Source of the DNA: a virus | Taxonomy: Duplodnaviria > Heunggongvirae > Uroviricota > Caudoviricetes | Length of the DNA: 64,000 bases | Virus record (IMG/VR): IMGVR_UViG_3300032665_000003 | Reading direction: 5' to 3' (one strand) | Shown: positions 24,826 to 34,097 of the stretch, one piece after another | Layout: each line of letters begins with the position of its first letter | Position numbering within the stretch: position 1 is the first letter of the stretch | Notes under the pieces: generated by a model | Seen by the model: the letters and a program-made list of their open reading frames with translations, nothing else | The model's database searches: none | Told to the model about the DNA's origin: nothing | Position numbers and translations under genes: made by a program

Positions 24826-24983
24826 ATCACACACTACCCATGGATTACCGCATCCTCCTGTCGTAGTTTTAAAAGGAGTATGTTGGAATTCATTGCGCTC
24901 TAGTGCCTTATGTATTGCACTACCGTAGAGAAAGATGATGCGGGTTTCCTCTTCTTTTTTTATGCGAAGCTTGTCCGCGGTTG

Positions 24984-25517
24984 TTAGTTTTTCAGATATA
25001 CGAGGATGTTTTCAGGTGAAGATTCACCGTAGGGATCCGTATCGCAATTGTGTTCGATGCCAGGTTCAATAAACCACTTTTCAATGCGTCCATTGTCAAC
25101 GATTACCGCATATCGCCAAGAACGAACACCGAAACCCAAATTATCCTTAGCAACAAGCATGTTCATCTTGCTAGTGAATTCACCAGAACCATCCGGAATA
25201 ACCTTAACGTTCTTTAGATTTTGGTCTTGAGCCCACTTGTTCATGACGAACGAATCGTTCACTGACAAGCAGTAGATTTCGTCAATACCCAAATCCTTAA
25301 ATTGTTGATAGTTATTTTCAAAACCCGGAAGTTGGTAAGTAGAGCAAGTAGGGGTAAATGCTCCAGGCAGCGCAAATAGCACAACTCGCTTTCCTGCGAA
25401 ATAGTCAAATGAAGTTACTTCTTGCCAGCGATATGGATTGGGTCCTTCGATACTATCGTCACGAACCCGAGTCTTAAAGACTACGCTAGGGACTAGCGTA
25501 GGAAGGTCAGCACTCAT
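24984..25517 (-). CDS. peroxiredoxin, Prx5-like atypical 2-Cys (AhpC/TSA family)
   Basis: Motif VVLFALPGAFTPTCS. Start trimmed to MSADLPT. Confidence 0.7.
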   Translation of the reverse strand: MSADLPTLVPSVVFKTRVRDDSIEGPNPYRWQEVTSFDYFAGKRVVLFALPGAFTPTCSTYQLPGFENNYQQFKDLGIDEIYCLSVNDSFVMNKWAQDQNLKNVKVIPDGSGEFTSKMNMLVAKDNLGFGVRSWRYAVIVDNGRIEKWFIEPGIEHNCDTDPYGESSPENILVYLKN

Positions 25518-25567
25518 AATGTCTCCTTTATAATAATGACATATACTACAACTTAATGCAGTATATG

Positions 25568-25873
25568 TCAATTATTATGGGACAGCAGGTCTTCCTTAGT
25601 CATAGTAAAACGAGATTTAACCCAAGCATCACGCATGACTTGCAGCCGTTGACCAACTTCCTTGCCAGGCTTCATACCAGTTTCCAGCAGGTCTTGTCCT
25701 TTAATCGGAAAGATCGGAGGAACATAGCATTCGGCATAGTCGGGACTTTGATCTTGCAGCAGAGCCCAAGAAACTGCCCAATCACGTCGAACACCGTCAA
25801 CCAGACGCAGTTGAAAAACACGGGAAGTGAATTCCTCGTGCAGCGATTTCAGTTCTTGTGTGATCATGTCCAT
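25568..25873 (-). CDS. small protein resembling the C-terminal domain of class II tRNA nucleotidyltransferases (CCA-adding enzyme / poly(A) polymerase)
   Basis: PIKGQDLLETGMKPGKEVGQRLQVMRDAWVKSRF compares with I.G.DL.alG.kPGp..G..L......ql.g. Confidence 0.3.
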   Translation of the reverse strand: MDMITQELKSLHEEFTSRVFQLRLVDGVRRDWAVSWALLQDQSPDYAECYVPPIFPIKGQDLLETGMKPGKEVGQRLQVMRDAWVKSRFTMTKEDLLSHNN

Positions 25874-25921
25874 AAGTCACATTATTATAAGGTGTATACG
25901 GAGTCAAGATATATTTTAAGA

Positions 25922-25975
25922 GTGGCGGGCCCGACAGGATTTGAACCTGCAATCTTGAGCTTTAGAGACTCTTGT
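25922..25975 (-). pseudogene. tRNA 3'-half fragment (T-arm GCAGG-TTCAAAT-CCTGT, acceptor CGGGCCC, discriminator G, CCA) with no matching 5' half
   Basis: The 5' portion has no acceptor complementarity and no anticodon arm. Confidence 0.4.
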
Positions 25976-26049
25976 GAAACCATTCAGCCTCAGGCGCGCA
26001 TAACTCTTATGTAACGAATAATACGATAATATACGCTGAATGTCAAGCC

Positions 26050-27513
26050 TTAAGCAATTATTCCTTGAACTACTTTACCTGCAGTATCAGTTAAACGGAA
26101 ATCTCTACCTTGATAATGGTATGTAAGTTGTTTGTGATCAATTCCTAAAAGATATAACACAGTAGCATTTAAATCGTGAACTTCTACTGGATTTTCCACA
26201 ACATTATAAGAGAAATCATCTGATTTGCCGTATTCGATGCCAGGTTTTGTTCCGCCTCCGGCCATCCACATCGTAAAGTTTCCTCCGTGATGGTCACGCC
26301 CGCAGTTTGGATTTATTCCTCCTTGCGCGTATACAGTTCTACCGAATTCACCCTTCCAAGTTACAAGAGTATCATCTAGAAGTCCTCGCTGCTTTAAATC
26401 CGTCACCAAAGCAGCAGATGGCTGATCTACTGCCCAACAGTCACTAGGATGTCGGCGGGCAATACCATTATGGTGATCCCATCCAACTTGAATTAGGTTG
26501 ACATACTTAACACCGCGTTCAATAAGACGACGTGTTAATAGGCAATTGCGAGCAAAGCTACCTGGTTGATGAACCTGAGGACCATACATATCGAGTATAT
26601 ATTGTGGTTCATCAGATAGATCAGTTACCTCAGGTACAGAATCTTGCATACGATATGCCATTTCATATTGAGCAATTTTGGCTAAGACTTCTGGGTCATC
26701 GGTCGTCTGATACTGATAGCGCGATAATTCACCGATAAGATCAATTTGACTTCTTCGTTCTTCACGACTAATGCCATCTGGATTGCTTACATAAAGAACA
26801 GGAGAATTACCAGAACGAAATTCAACACCTTGGTGATTAGAGGGCAAAAATCCTGCTGACCAAGTAGCCTGAGTAGCGCCAACCCCTGCTGATTGGAACT
26901 GAGATTTCATGACTACATATGAAGGGAGATTAGAGTTATCAGTCCCTAATGCATAATTAACCCATGCTCCAGCGGCAGGGCGGCCCGCTAATTGAAACCC
27001 AGTATGCATGAGAATGTCTGCTGGATCGTGATTAACTTGGGGAGTCCATATAGAATGAATGAAGGTTAGATCATCTGATATAGACCCTATATGTGGCATT
27101 AGGTCTGAAACCCAACGACCACATTGACCATATTGTTTATATGGAGCAATAGGACCCATAAGAGGGAAAGAAGTTTGTCCATTAGACATTGATGATATTT
27201 TGCCATGACCCTTTACAGAAGGTGGAATTTCTTGCCCATGGCGCTTGATAACTTCTGGCTTATAATCAAAAGTATCAATTTGGGATACTGCTCCTTTCAT
27301 GTGAATGTCAATTACACGCTTTGCTCTTGCTGGAAATTGACCTGTAGTTAACTTACCTAAATCTGGGCCAGTCTCGCTGGAAGGTGCAGCACTGGCTGCT
27401 TGTGATTTGGTAGCACCTAATAATTCGGCGCCGGCTATCACACCCAATCCCATACTCGTGCCTAAAAGTGACCGGCGGGCAAAATTTATTAATTCATTTG
27501 GATCATTATTCAT
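26050..27513 (-). CDS. DUF1501 family protein (sulfatase / alkaline-phosphatase-like fold) with a Tat signal peptide
   Basis: Twin-arginine motif FARRSLLGTSMGLGVIAGA. The C-terminus GRDHHGG...GGG...GIEYGKSDD...VHDLNATVLYLLGIDHKQLTY..GRDFRLTD is typical of DUF1501. Confidence 0.8.
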   Translation of the reverse strand: MNNDPNELINFARRSLLGTSMGLGVIAGAELLGATKSQAASAAPSSETGPDLGKLTTGQFPARAKRVIDIHMKGAVSQIDTFDYKPEVIKRHGQEIPPSVKGHGKISSMSNGQTSFPLMGPIAPYKQYGQCGRWVSDLMPHIGSISDDLTFIHSIWTPQVNHDPADILMHTGFQLAGRPAAGAWVNYALGTDNSNLPSYVVMKSQFQSAGVGATQATWSAGFLPSNHQGVEFRSGNSPVLYVSNPDGISREERRSQIDLIGELSRYQYQTTDDPEVLAKIAQYEMAYRMQDSVPEVTDLSDEPQYILDMYGPQVHQPGSFARNCLLTRRLIERGVKYVNLIQVGWDHHNGIARRHPSDCWAVDQPSAALVTDLKQRGLLDDTLVTWKGEFGRTVYAQGGINPNCGRDHHGGNFTMWMAGGGTKPGIEYGKSDDFSYNVVENPVEVHDLNATVLYLLGIDHKQLTYHYQGRDFRLTDTAGKVVQGIIA

Positions 27514-27524
27514 GTTTATTCCTC

Positions 27525-30500
27525 TTAGTGCAAAGTATATGCGTCTGGGGTATTCATGACGCTTGCAGTGACCATAGTCATTGCTGCGAGTTGGGCCGGA
27601 TCAATCGAAGTATCGGTAGGAGAAACCCCCATAGAAAGTATCTTTTTTACTTCATCAGGGGAATTCTGCATTCTGCTAATTTCAGCAACACGATATTTCC
27701 TCAATACTGATAGTTCATTATCATTTGGATGGCGCCGAACAGCCAAACGGAACATCGTTATCAGTTGTTGATCTTGATTTGCAGAAGACTTGATTGCTCT
27801 TTCAGATAGCTTACGATAAGCTTCCATAAATTGAACGTCATTCAACATAACCAATGATTGCAGAGGTGTAGTTGACACTGGACGTAGAACTTGTGCATTG
27901 TAGCGATCTGGCATGTCAAACGGTACTAAGTTGGCTACTGGTGAGTTCCGCTTTATATAGGTATACATAGATCGTCTGTGCATTTGATCATCCGGTTCAT
28001 TTGTAGGATAAATAACCGCACCTTGCGCTACACCATCCCAAATTGCATCTGGAGCATATGGGAATACTGCATCTCCGCCCACTTTCTTAAGTAACAGACC
28101 AGAGGCAGCTAATGCATTATCACGAATAACTTCTGCTGGCATTCTAAAACGTGGTCCTCGTTCTAGAAGAAAATTTCGTGGATCTTTTTCTAATGCGTCA
28201 TGCGTAATATTAGAATTTTGACGATAAGTTGCAGACATAACTATTAGTTTTTGTATGTGCTTTATATCCCAACCAGACCTAATAAACTCTACGGCTAGGT
28301 AATCAAGTAGTTCCGAATGAGTTGGATTAGTTCCTTGTGTACCAAAATCATCTACCGTTTGAACTATACCAGTACCGAAATGATTTTGCCATATGCGGTT
28401 TACATAAACCCTAGCAACGAGCGGATTTTTCGGATCAAACATCCATTCAGTTAGTCCCAAACGGTCTCTAGGTAAAGTTTCGTTCCATGCAAATACTCGG
28501 TTCGGTGCCTGAGGTTTTACTTCTTGTAGATAGCTGTTATAGACCCCACGATCTAACACGAAGTTTTTACGAGGAATAGCCTGATCTCCTGCAACCATGA
28601 CACGATAGATCGGAGTTTCTATGCGTTGTTCAGCAAGTCGTGCATCTGTCATCTCTTGCCAGGCTCGTTGAACCGCAGGATCCAGTTCAGCCATAATTAA
28701 CTTCATATCAGATATTGCTTGCTGTGCCGGAACTTGTTTAAGTAGTGCAGGATCCTGCAGATAAGTAATTTCCGTAGGAGTCAATGCCCGTGTAATCACA
28801 CGTAGCTCATCAATGGCGCCGTCTACTAATTCCGGTCTATTAAAGTTAACTCCAGCAGACAACCCAAAATAACTCACAAACTGACTGTTTCCGCCGCGCG
28901 GAAATGCGCTACGTGTTAAGTGGTCATGATCAATTTGAGCTTTTTGTTCTACACCATCAAAATATAGATGCATACCAGCCGCTTTGGAGTTACCGTCATA
29001 AGTAGAAGTTATATGAACCCAACGACCTGTGGGAACATCTTGAATCGTAGAAATTCTAAGCATGTCGGTTGGAGCTTGGTGAGTAATAGAATATGCCATT
29101 TTATTATTAGACATGGTTAATTCATAACCAAGCCCTTCAATGCCGCCGTTGTTATAAATTATAGATGCAGACGGTCCTAATGGACGAGTATTGTCGTAAT
29201 ATGGTTTCTTTGGAAGCTTCAACCAAAAATCTAATGTGTATGGTTGAGTTCTTTCAAACATACCTACACTTTTGTCCGCAGCAAAAACTGAATCTTTTAG
29301 TTGAATTCCCTGTCCCTTGTGACCGGAAACAAACTTTACATTACTTACAAATCCACGCTTTTCACCCTGAATCCCTGCATCTGTCCACAACAGTGAATCT
29401 TCATGAATCCATTGTGGAAGTTGACGTTTCATGATACGTTGTGGGTCTCCTAAACGATCATCAGTAAATCCGGATGCTACAAGCTGTTCCATAGCCCAAT
29501 CGATTTCATGAGAAGCTATTCTCGGAAGATTAGGGTCCGCCTTCATTGCAGCAATGTCTCCGTCCATACCGCCGAATCGTGAGCGGCGAAGGGGTGCTTT
29601 TTTAGGGTCCTTTATATCTGAAGACTTGATGGTTTTAGGAGACATAGAATCATCTTTAGGTGTCATACTAGGAGTTGGTTTACCGACCTTTACATCTGCA
29701 AGAATTTTATTTTGTAATATGGCAGTAACTTGAGCCGCAGTTAATCCGGGAAAGTTATTTTTTTGATTAGGTAGAGGTTCACCAGGTGCCGTTGGTTGCG
29801 GATCTAGGTACAGTTCATCAAATGAATCTTTGTACCCTGCATCTAATGGATAATAGGCTTGTGTGTCTGCTTGAATAGATGATTGTATAAATGTTGTTCG
29901 GTTTGTGTCTAATGCTATTTTATTGATCTGCGCAGATTGTAAAGCAACTTGATAAGCTTGTTCTTTAGCTACTGTAATTGCATGGGCGGCCTCAAGTCTT
30001 TTTGATTGCAGCGGAGTCGGCCATTCGATTGTGGCGCCGCCGGGTGTACCACGAGAACCGGATCCTTGTCCTCGCTCGTCCATCTGATTAAAGAATCCAG
30101 CTAATGAATAGTAATCTGATTGGGCAATCACATCATATTTGTGATTGTGGCATTTGGCGCACCCAACGGTTAGACCCAAAAAGTCTTTACCTATTAATTC
30201 TGTTCTTTCTTGGACATAATTAGTTCTAAATTCTTCATCAATTGATCCGCCCTCTGAATCTTGACGACCTTCTTTAAGGAAGGCACTTGCAAGTAATTGC
30301 TCACGAGTCGGATGACCATTATTAAGTTTATCGCCGGCAAGCTGCCAGGTCACAAACTCATCATAAGGCATGTTGCGTTTAAACGCATTGATGACCCAAT
30401 CACGATACGGGAAACTGATTCCTCGTTCCCCGTCATTTAGTCCTCCGCGGCTGTCTGCATACCGAGCAACATCCATCCAAATATTTGTTTGGCGTTCTGC

Positions 30501-31196
30501 ATACTCGGTAGATGATAAAAGATGATCTACTATCTTCTCGTAAGCATTAGGAGAGGTGTCATTGATAAATGCATCTACTTCTTGAAGCGAGGGAGGAAGT
30601 CCAGTTAGGTCTAGATAAACACGATTTATAAGCGTTTCTTTGTCCGCTTCCGCAGAAGGAGATAACCCTTCTGTAGCTAATTTGGCATAGATATATCGAT
30701 CAATGGCGTTGACAGCTTGCTTGTCCCATTTAGTTCTTTCTGGCTTTACTACTGTCGGTGTTATGTATGCCCAGTGTTGTTTATAGTGAGCACCTTGTTC
30801 AATCCATCGCTTTATAATTGCGATTTCATGTGCAGACAGGGTTTTATGAGAATCTTTAGGTGGCATTCTGTAGTCTGCATCAGTCGAAGTAATGCGTTTA
30901 AATGCCTCGCTTTTACTAGGATTACCCGGAACAAAAGCGTGTTTGGTTTTGTCTTCTGGTATGGAATCGTAAGCGGCTTTTTGTATGTCTAACCGTAGAC
31001 CAGCCTTCTGTGTTCCTTGCCCGTGACAAGCAAAGCAATTTTGTGACAAAATCGGACGAACGTCCCAATTGTAGTCAGGATTGTTTGGAATATTTTCTGC
31101 GTTTGCAGTTTGTTGTCTAGATGTAAAGCAAGCTGTGAGTGTGAGTGTGGAAACTATAGCGGTAACTGCTAGTAAAATAGCCTTCGCGTGCTTCAT
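27525..31196 (-). CDS. PSCyt1 (cytochrome-c-like CxxCH) / DUF1549 (PSCyt2) / DUF1553 (PSD1) multidomain lipoprotein
   Basis: Lipobox LTLTAC; DVRPILSQNCFACHG..KAGLRLD (PSCyt1); the C-terminus ..DMPDRYNAQVLRPVSTTPLQSLVMLNDVQF is typical of DUF1553. Confidence 0.8.
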   Translation of the reverse strand: MKHAKAILLAVTAIVSTLTLTACFTSRQQTANAENIPNNPDYNWDVRPILSQNCFACHGQGTQKAGLRLDIQKAAYDSIPEDKTKHAFVPGNPSKSEAFKRITSTDADYRMPPKDSHKTLSAHEIAIIKRWIEQGAHYKQHWAYITPTVVKPERTKWDKQAVNAIDRYIYAKLATEGLSPSAEADKETLINRVYLDLTGLPPSLQEVDAFINDTSPNAYEKIVDHLLSSTEYAERQTNIWMDVARYADSRGGLNDGERGISFPYRDWVINAFKRNMPYDEFVTWQLAGDKLNNGHPTREQLLASAFLKEGRQDSEGGSIDEEFRTNYVQERTELIGKDFLGLTVGCAKCHNHKYDVIAQSDYYSLAGFFNQMDERGQGSGSRGTPGGATIEWPTPLQSKRLEAAHAITVAKEQAYQVALQSAQINKIALDTNRTTFIQSSIQADTQAYYPLDAGYKDSFDELYLDPQPTAPGEPLPNQKNNFPGLTAAQVTAILQNKILADVKVGKPTPSMTPKDDSMSPKTIKSSDIKDPKKAPLRRSRFGGMDGDIAAMKADPNLPRIASHEIDWAMEQLVASGFTDDRLGDPQRIMKRQLPQWIHEDSLLWTDAGIQGEKRGFVSNVKFVSGHKGQGIQLKDSVFAADKSVGMFERTQPYTLDFWLKLPKKPYYDNTRPLGPSASIIYNNGGIEGLGYELTMSNNKMAYSITHQAPTDMLRISTIQDVPTGRWVHITSTYDGNSKAAGMHLYFDGVEQKAQIDHDHLTRSAFPRGGNSQFVSYFGLSAGVNFNRPELVDGAIDELRVITRALTPTEITYLQDPALLKQVPAQQAISDMKLIMAELDPAVQRAWQEMTDARLAEQRIETPIYRVMVAGDQAIPRKNFVLDRGVYNSYLQEVKPQAPNRVFAWNETLPRDRLGLTEWMFDPKNPLVARVYVNRIWQNHFGTGIVQTVDDFGTQGTNPTHSELLDYLAVEFIRSGWDIKHIQKLIVMSATYRQNSNITHDALEKDPRNFLLERGPRFRMPAEVIRDNALAASGLLLKKVGGDAVFPYAPDAIWDGVAQGAVIYPTNEPDDQMHRRSMYTYIKRNSPVANLVPFDMPDRYNAQVLRPVSTTPLQSLVMLNDVQFMEAYRKLSERAIKSSANQDQQLITMFRLAVRRHPNDNELSVLRKYRVAEISRMQNSPDEVKKILSMGVSPTDTSIDPAQLAAMTMVTASVMNTPDAYTLH

Positions 31197-31260
31197 TTTT
31201 TTATGTCCTAAATGGCAATAATCCTCTTATTGTCAAGTATTTAGCACATATTATGTATAA

Positions 31261-31545
31261 CTAGTTCTTTTGGAAAGACTTACAGAAATCTTCTGGTGTC
31301 TGAGCGATCACAATAAAGTTATCATGATCTTCTGAGTTCTTGACCACGTAAGACCCGTCCGGGCGCAAGTAAACCGAAGGAACTCCTGGTGGGCATGGAT
31401 TAGCTAGCTTGTAATCAGCAGGGATTGAAGGATCGCTTGATGTATCAGAGCCTTGCTGAACAAACGAACCGCTAGCGGGTTTATTACACCCCGCTAGCGC
31501 CACGATAGAAGCAAGCCCGATAATCATCGATAGCATGCGGGCCAT
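31261..31545 (-). CDS. small lipoprotein
   Basis: Signal peptide plus lipobox LAGC. Confidence 0.5.
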   Translation of the reverse strand: MARMLSMIIGLASIVALAGCNKPASGSFVQQGSDTSSDPSIPADYKLANPCPPGVPSVYLRPDGSYVVKNSEDHDNFIVIAQTPEDFCKSFQKN

Positions 31546-31546
31546 A

Positions 31547-32395
31547 CTAGTTACCCTTCATCAGATTGCCGATGATCGGGATTTCAGCCCCAGCGCCAAC
31601 ATAAGTCGGCATCTTACCACCAGTTTCCTTCCAGGCTTCAATCGCACGAAGCTTGACGAGTTCTGGGCTAGCCTTAATCGATTGAGCAAGCAGTGCGTTA
31701 GCATCAGCTTCACCCTTAGCCTTAGCAACCGCAGAGCGAGCATTGGCTTCAACCGTGATCACGTTAGCCTCAGCAGCCTTAGCTTGCTGTTCGTTAGCGA
31801 TACGTTGGTTGATTTGATCGTGAATCGATTGGGGCATACGAATAGTATTCGCCCAAGTCAGACGCTCGATGTTCAGACCGTAAGGCTTGAAGTGAGCAGC
31901 GACTTCAACCTGCACCTTATCCAACAGTTCCTTCTTCTTAGGACCGAAGATTTCATCGACCGCATAGGCAGAAGCAATGTCGTTCAGATCGTTACGAATT
32001 TCGTTACGAATTTGATTTTCGACAAGACCTTCGGCAGTAGAGCGGAACTTCTGATAAAGAACCGGAGCCTTGCTAGAGTCAACCGAATAGCTTACAGCAA
32101 TGTCGGCACCCATATTCAGACCTTGCTTGTCATTGAACGTAAATTCTTCGTTGACAGCCTTGCCTTCATTCTTAGAAGCGGTGTAGATATATTGCTGAGT
32201 ATAAACCGGAAACTCGATAATTTGAGTTCCCATTGGGGTAAAATACGTACCGACACCTAGAACATTAGGGTCAACACCAGAACCTGAACCATATTGATTA
32301 ACCTTAAGGCCAACATATCCGGGTTGCACTTGACCACATGCAGCAAGAGCCGCAGCGGCAGCACCGACGATAAGAACCGTCTTAATGTTATTCAT
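31547..32395 (-). CDS. SPFH/band-7 (stomatin/prohibitin/HflKC-like) domain lipoprotein
   Basis: Lipobox LAACG; SPFH-like core; a C-terminal Ala/Lys/Glu-rich coiled coil (QQAKAAEANVITVEANARSAVAKAKGEADA). Start trimmed to MNNIKT. Confidence 0.7.
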   Translation of the reverse strand: MNNIKTVLIVGAAAAALAACGQVQPGYVGLKVNQYGSGSGVDPNVLGVGTYFTPMGTQIIEFPVYTQQYIYTASKNEGKAVNEEFTFNDKQGLNMGADIAVSYSVDSSKAPVLYQKFRSTAEGLVENQIRNEIRNDLNDIASAYAVDEIFGPKKKELLDKVQVEVAAHFKPYGLNIERLTWANTIRMPQSIHDQINQRIANEQQAKAAEANVITVEANARSAVAKAKGEADANALLAQSIKASPELVKLRAIEAWKETGGKMPTYVGAGAEIPIIGNLMKGN

Positions 32396-32402
32396 AGTTT
32401 GA

Positions 32403-32543
32403 TTAGTCCTTTGATTGAGGTTGTTTGATAATATTGAACACAAATTCAATGATTAGTGTTGCGGTAAGAATCACAACGAGCATGGTTCCCAGCAGTGCGC
32501 CGAAGATCGCGAAGTCGTTGTGAATGTTAATCATCCAGGGCAT
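32403..32543 (-). CDS. small membrane protein (46 aa) immediately upstream of the SPFH gene; possible NfeD/YqiJ-like partner
   Basis: Manual translation MPWMINIHNDFAIFGALLGTMLVVILTATLIIEFVFNIIKQPQSKD. Confidence 0.35.
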   Translation of the reverse strand: MPWMINIHNDFAIFGALLGTMLVVILTATLIIEFVFNIIKQPQSKD

Positions 32544-32723
32544 GATAGCACGGAACCAAATAAGAGGAACCATAACATAAGAGGAACCATAACTACTGCA
32601 AAACCCTTGATGAACTCGATTAGAAAACCATATACTGATTTCTTATTCACAGGTAGCCTCTTAGTTTCGTACAGAGCCTTCTCTGTATCGATAACTACAA
32701 TTTATCAGCGACTAGACGTAAAG

Positions 32724-33035
32724 TCAATCGTCTTTGTACCCAAAATCGACACCATCAATAAATTTTTTCTCCTGCATAGTTATTTCATTGAAAAACTTAC
32801 GAGGATTTCCACACATCATACAATTTGGATCTCCGCAATTCAAAGAATGCATTTTTGCGTACCGATGCATTTTGTTAGGATCAGGATTCATTCCATGTGA
32901 TTTTGCGATACTGTATTGTTTCTTGGCTGCGGTGTTCGCCGCTGCTCTACGTTTAGATTTCTTAAGTCTGCTTTCGGAATCACTCACGATTGGTTGGCCT
33001 TGATTTAGGGTTATGTGGATTTTTTTGTTTAGCAA
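32724..33035 (-). CDS. small basic protein with a C-terminal zinc-ribbon-like CGDPNCMMCGN
   Basis: ORF track. Confidence 0.35.
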   Translation of the reverse strand: MLNKKIHITLNQGQPIVSDSESRLKKSKRRAAANTAAKKQYSIAKSHGMNPDPNKMHRYAKMHSLNCGDPNCMMCGNPRKFFNEITMQEKKFIDGVDFGYKDD

Positions 33036-33170
33036 GTGTTTCTTGCTGCTGCTGCGGAGACCAACCCATCGTCCGTAACTTACCTTGCATTAATATTTGA
33101 TTTAACAGCTTTCGTCCGGCGCCCATATTGTTTAGATTCATGTCAGCCACCTCTCAAGCTATTTATTGCG

Positions 33171-33211
33171 CAAAATACAGGTGCTATTGAAATAACACCT
33201 GTATTTTTGTT
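33171..33211 (-). terminator. rho-independent terminator-like hairpin (9-bp stem ATACAGGTG/CACCTGTAT, 12-nt loop) with flanking T-runs on both strands
   Basis: Begins immediately after the nuclease-gene stop. Followed by ATTTTG on the minus strand and TTTTTG on the plus strand. Confidence 0.5.
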
Positions 33212-34052
33212 AGTCTACACTCGCACTTGGTCCACATGCTGCCTTCTTAGAAGCAGTCAGTTTACCAAAATCAACCGGCCATTCTTTTCCTACCGGAAGT
33301 TCCTGAGCATTCTTAGGTAATGCTACAATTACACCTGATTCCTTTTCAATAGCGGCAATAGATGTACGATACTTAGTTAGATCGTTTCCTAAATTAGGAT
33401 ACGGAGCCGTATGAGGGAAATACCAACCTGCTACCATTCCAGTTTGATCATCAATGACAATCTTGTAGAACGCATGAGGCACAACGACGCCGGACCCAAT
33501 CTTTTTATCTCCAGCTGCATAGATTGCTCCGGAAATTGCGGTGAATGGACGGTTCTGTTGGAACGCCCAACCACGAAAGGAAGTTTCTAACAATTTCCAA
33601 ATCCCGCGATTGAGAGAAGGAGCCTGAGGTGTCATATTAGTCATTAGAAATGACTCATACTCAACTTGTTGATTCCAACTTTGGTCGCCGTCGGGCGCCA
33701 TGTGGCCCTTATCGTAACCGGAGCCTGCATAGTCGTTAGGCGTTGCTCCGCCTGCTATAGATGGGTCAGCGGTAAATGCATTTGATCGCACAACACAACC
33801 TAACGCAGCTTGCGGAGTAAGTGTCCACTCTACGTATTCTGGTATTTTTGAACTAGCGTCATACCCAACCAGATATGCCTGACGGCATATAGATTGAACT
33901 GGTTTAGTGCTTTGCGGCGGTCCAAAAGGTGCATGTACTGAACAACTCGCAATAGGCAAAGGTGCGCGAGGTGTAAATGCGTAGCTTGTATCATAAAGAC
34001 ATAGAGATATTAGCAGTATTGATACTACTGCAAAAAACTTTTTCATAAACAT
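33210..34052 (-). CDS. secreted DNA/RNA non-specific endonuclease (Serratia NucA / EndoG family)
   Basis: Signal peptide MKKFFAVVSILLISLCL; the active-site-like motif GYDKGHMAPDGD..N resembles the DRGH motif of the family. Confidence 0.6.
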   Translation of the reverse strand: MFMKKFFAVVSILLISLCLYDTSYAFTPRAPLPIASCSVHAPFGPPQSTKPVQSICRQAYLVGYDASSKIPEYVEWTLTPQAALGCVVRSNAFTADPSIAGGATPNDYAGSGYDKGHMAPDGDQSWNQQVEYESFLMTNMTPQAPSLNRGIWKLLETSFRGWAFQQNRPFTAISGAIYAAGDKKIGSGVVVPHAFYKIVIDDQTGMVAGWYFPHTAPYPNLGNDLTKYRTSIAAIEKESGVIVALPKNAQELPVGKEWPVDFGKLTASKKAACGPSASVD

Positions 34053-34097
34053 ACTCCTTATATGTGAGTATATTTATGTTAACTATTTAAATAATAA

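Noticed and set aside
25556-26014. 152-aa plus-strand ORF
   Set aside because: It runs antisense through the 25568..25873 gene and through the tRNA fragment, and its translation has no features.
31535-32260. 241-aa plus-strand ORF
   Set aside because: It lies antisense to the SPFH gene, which has clear domain features. It is a low-complexity translation with no start context.
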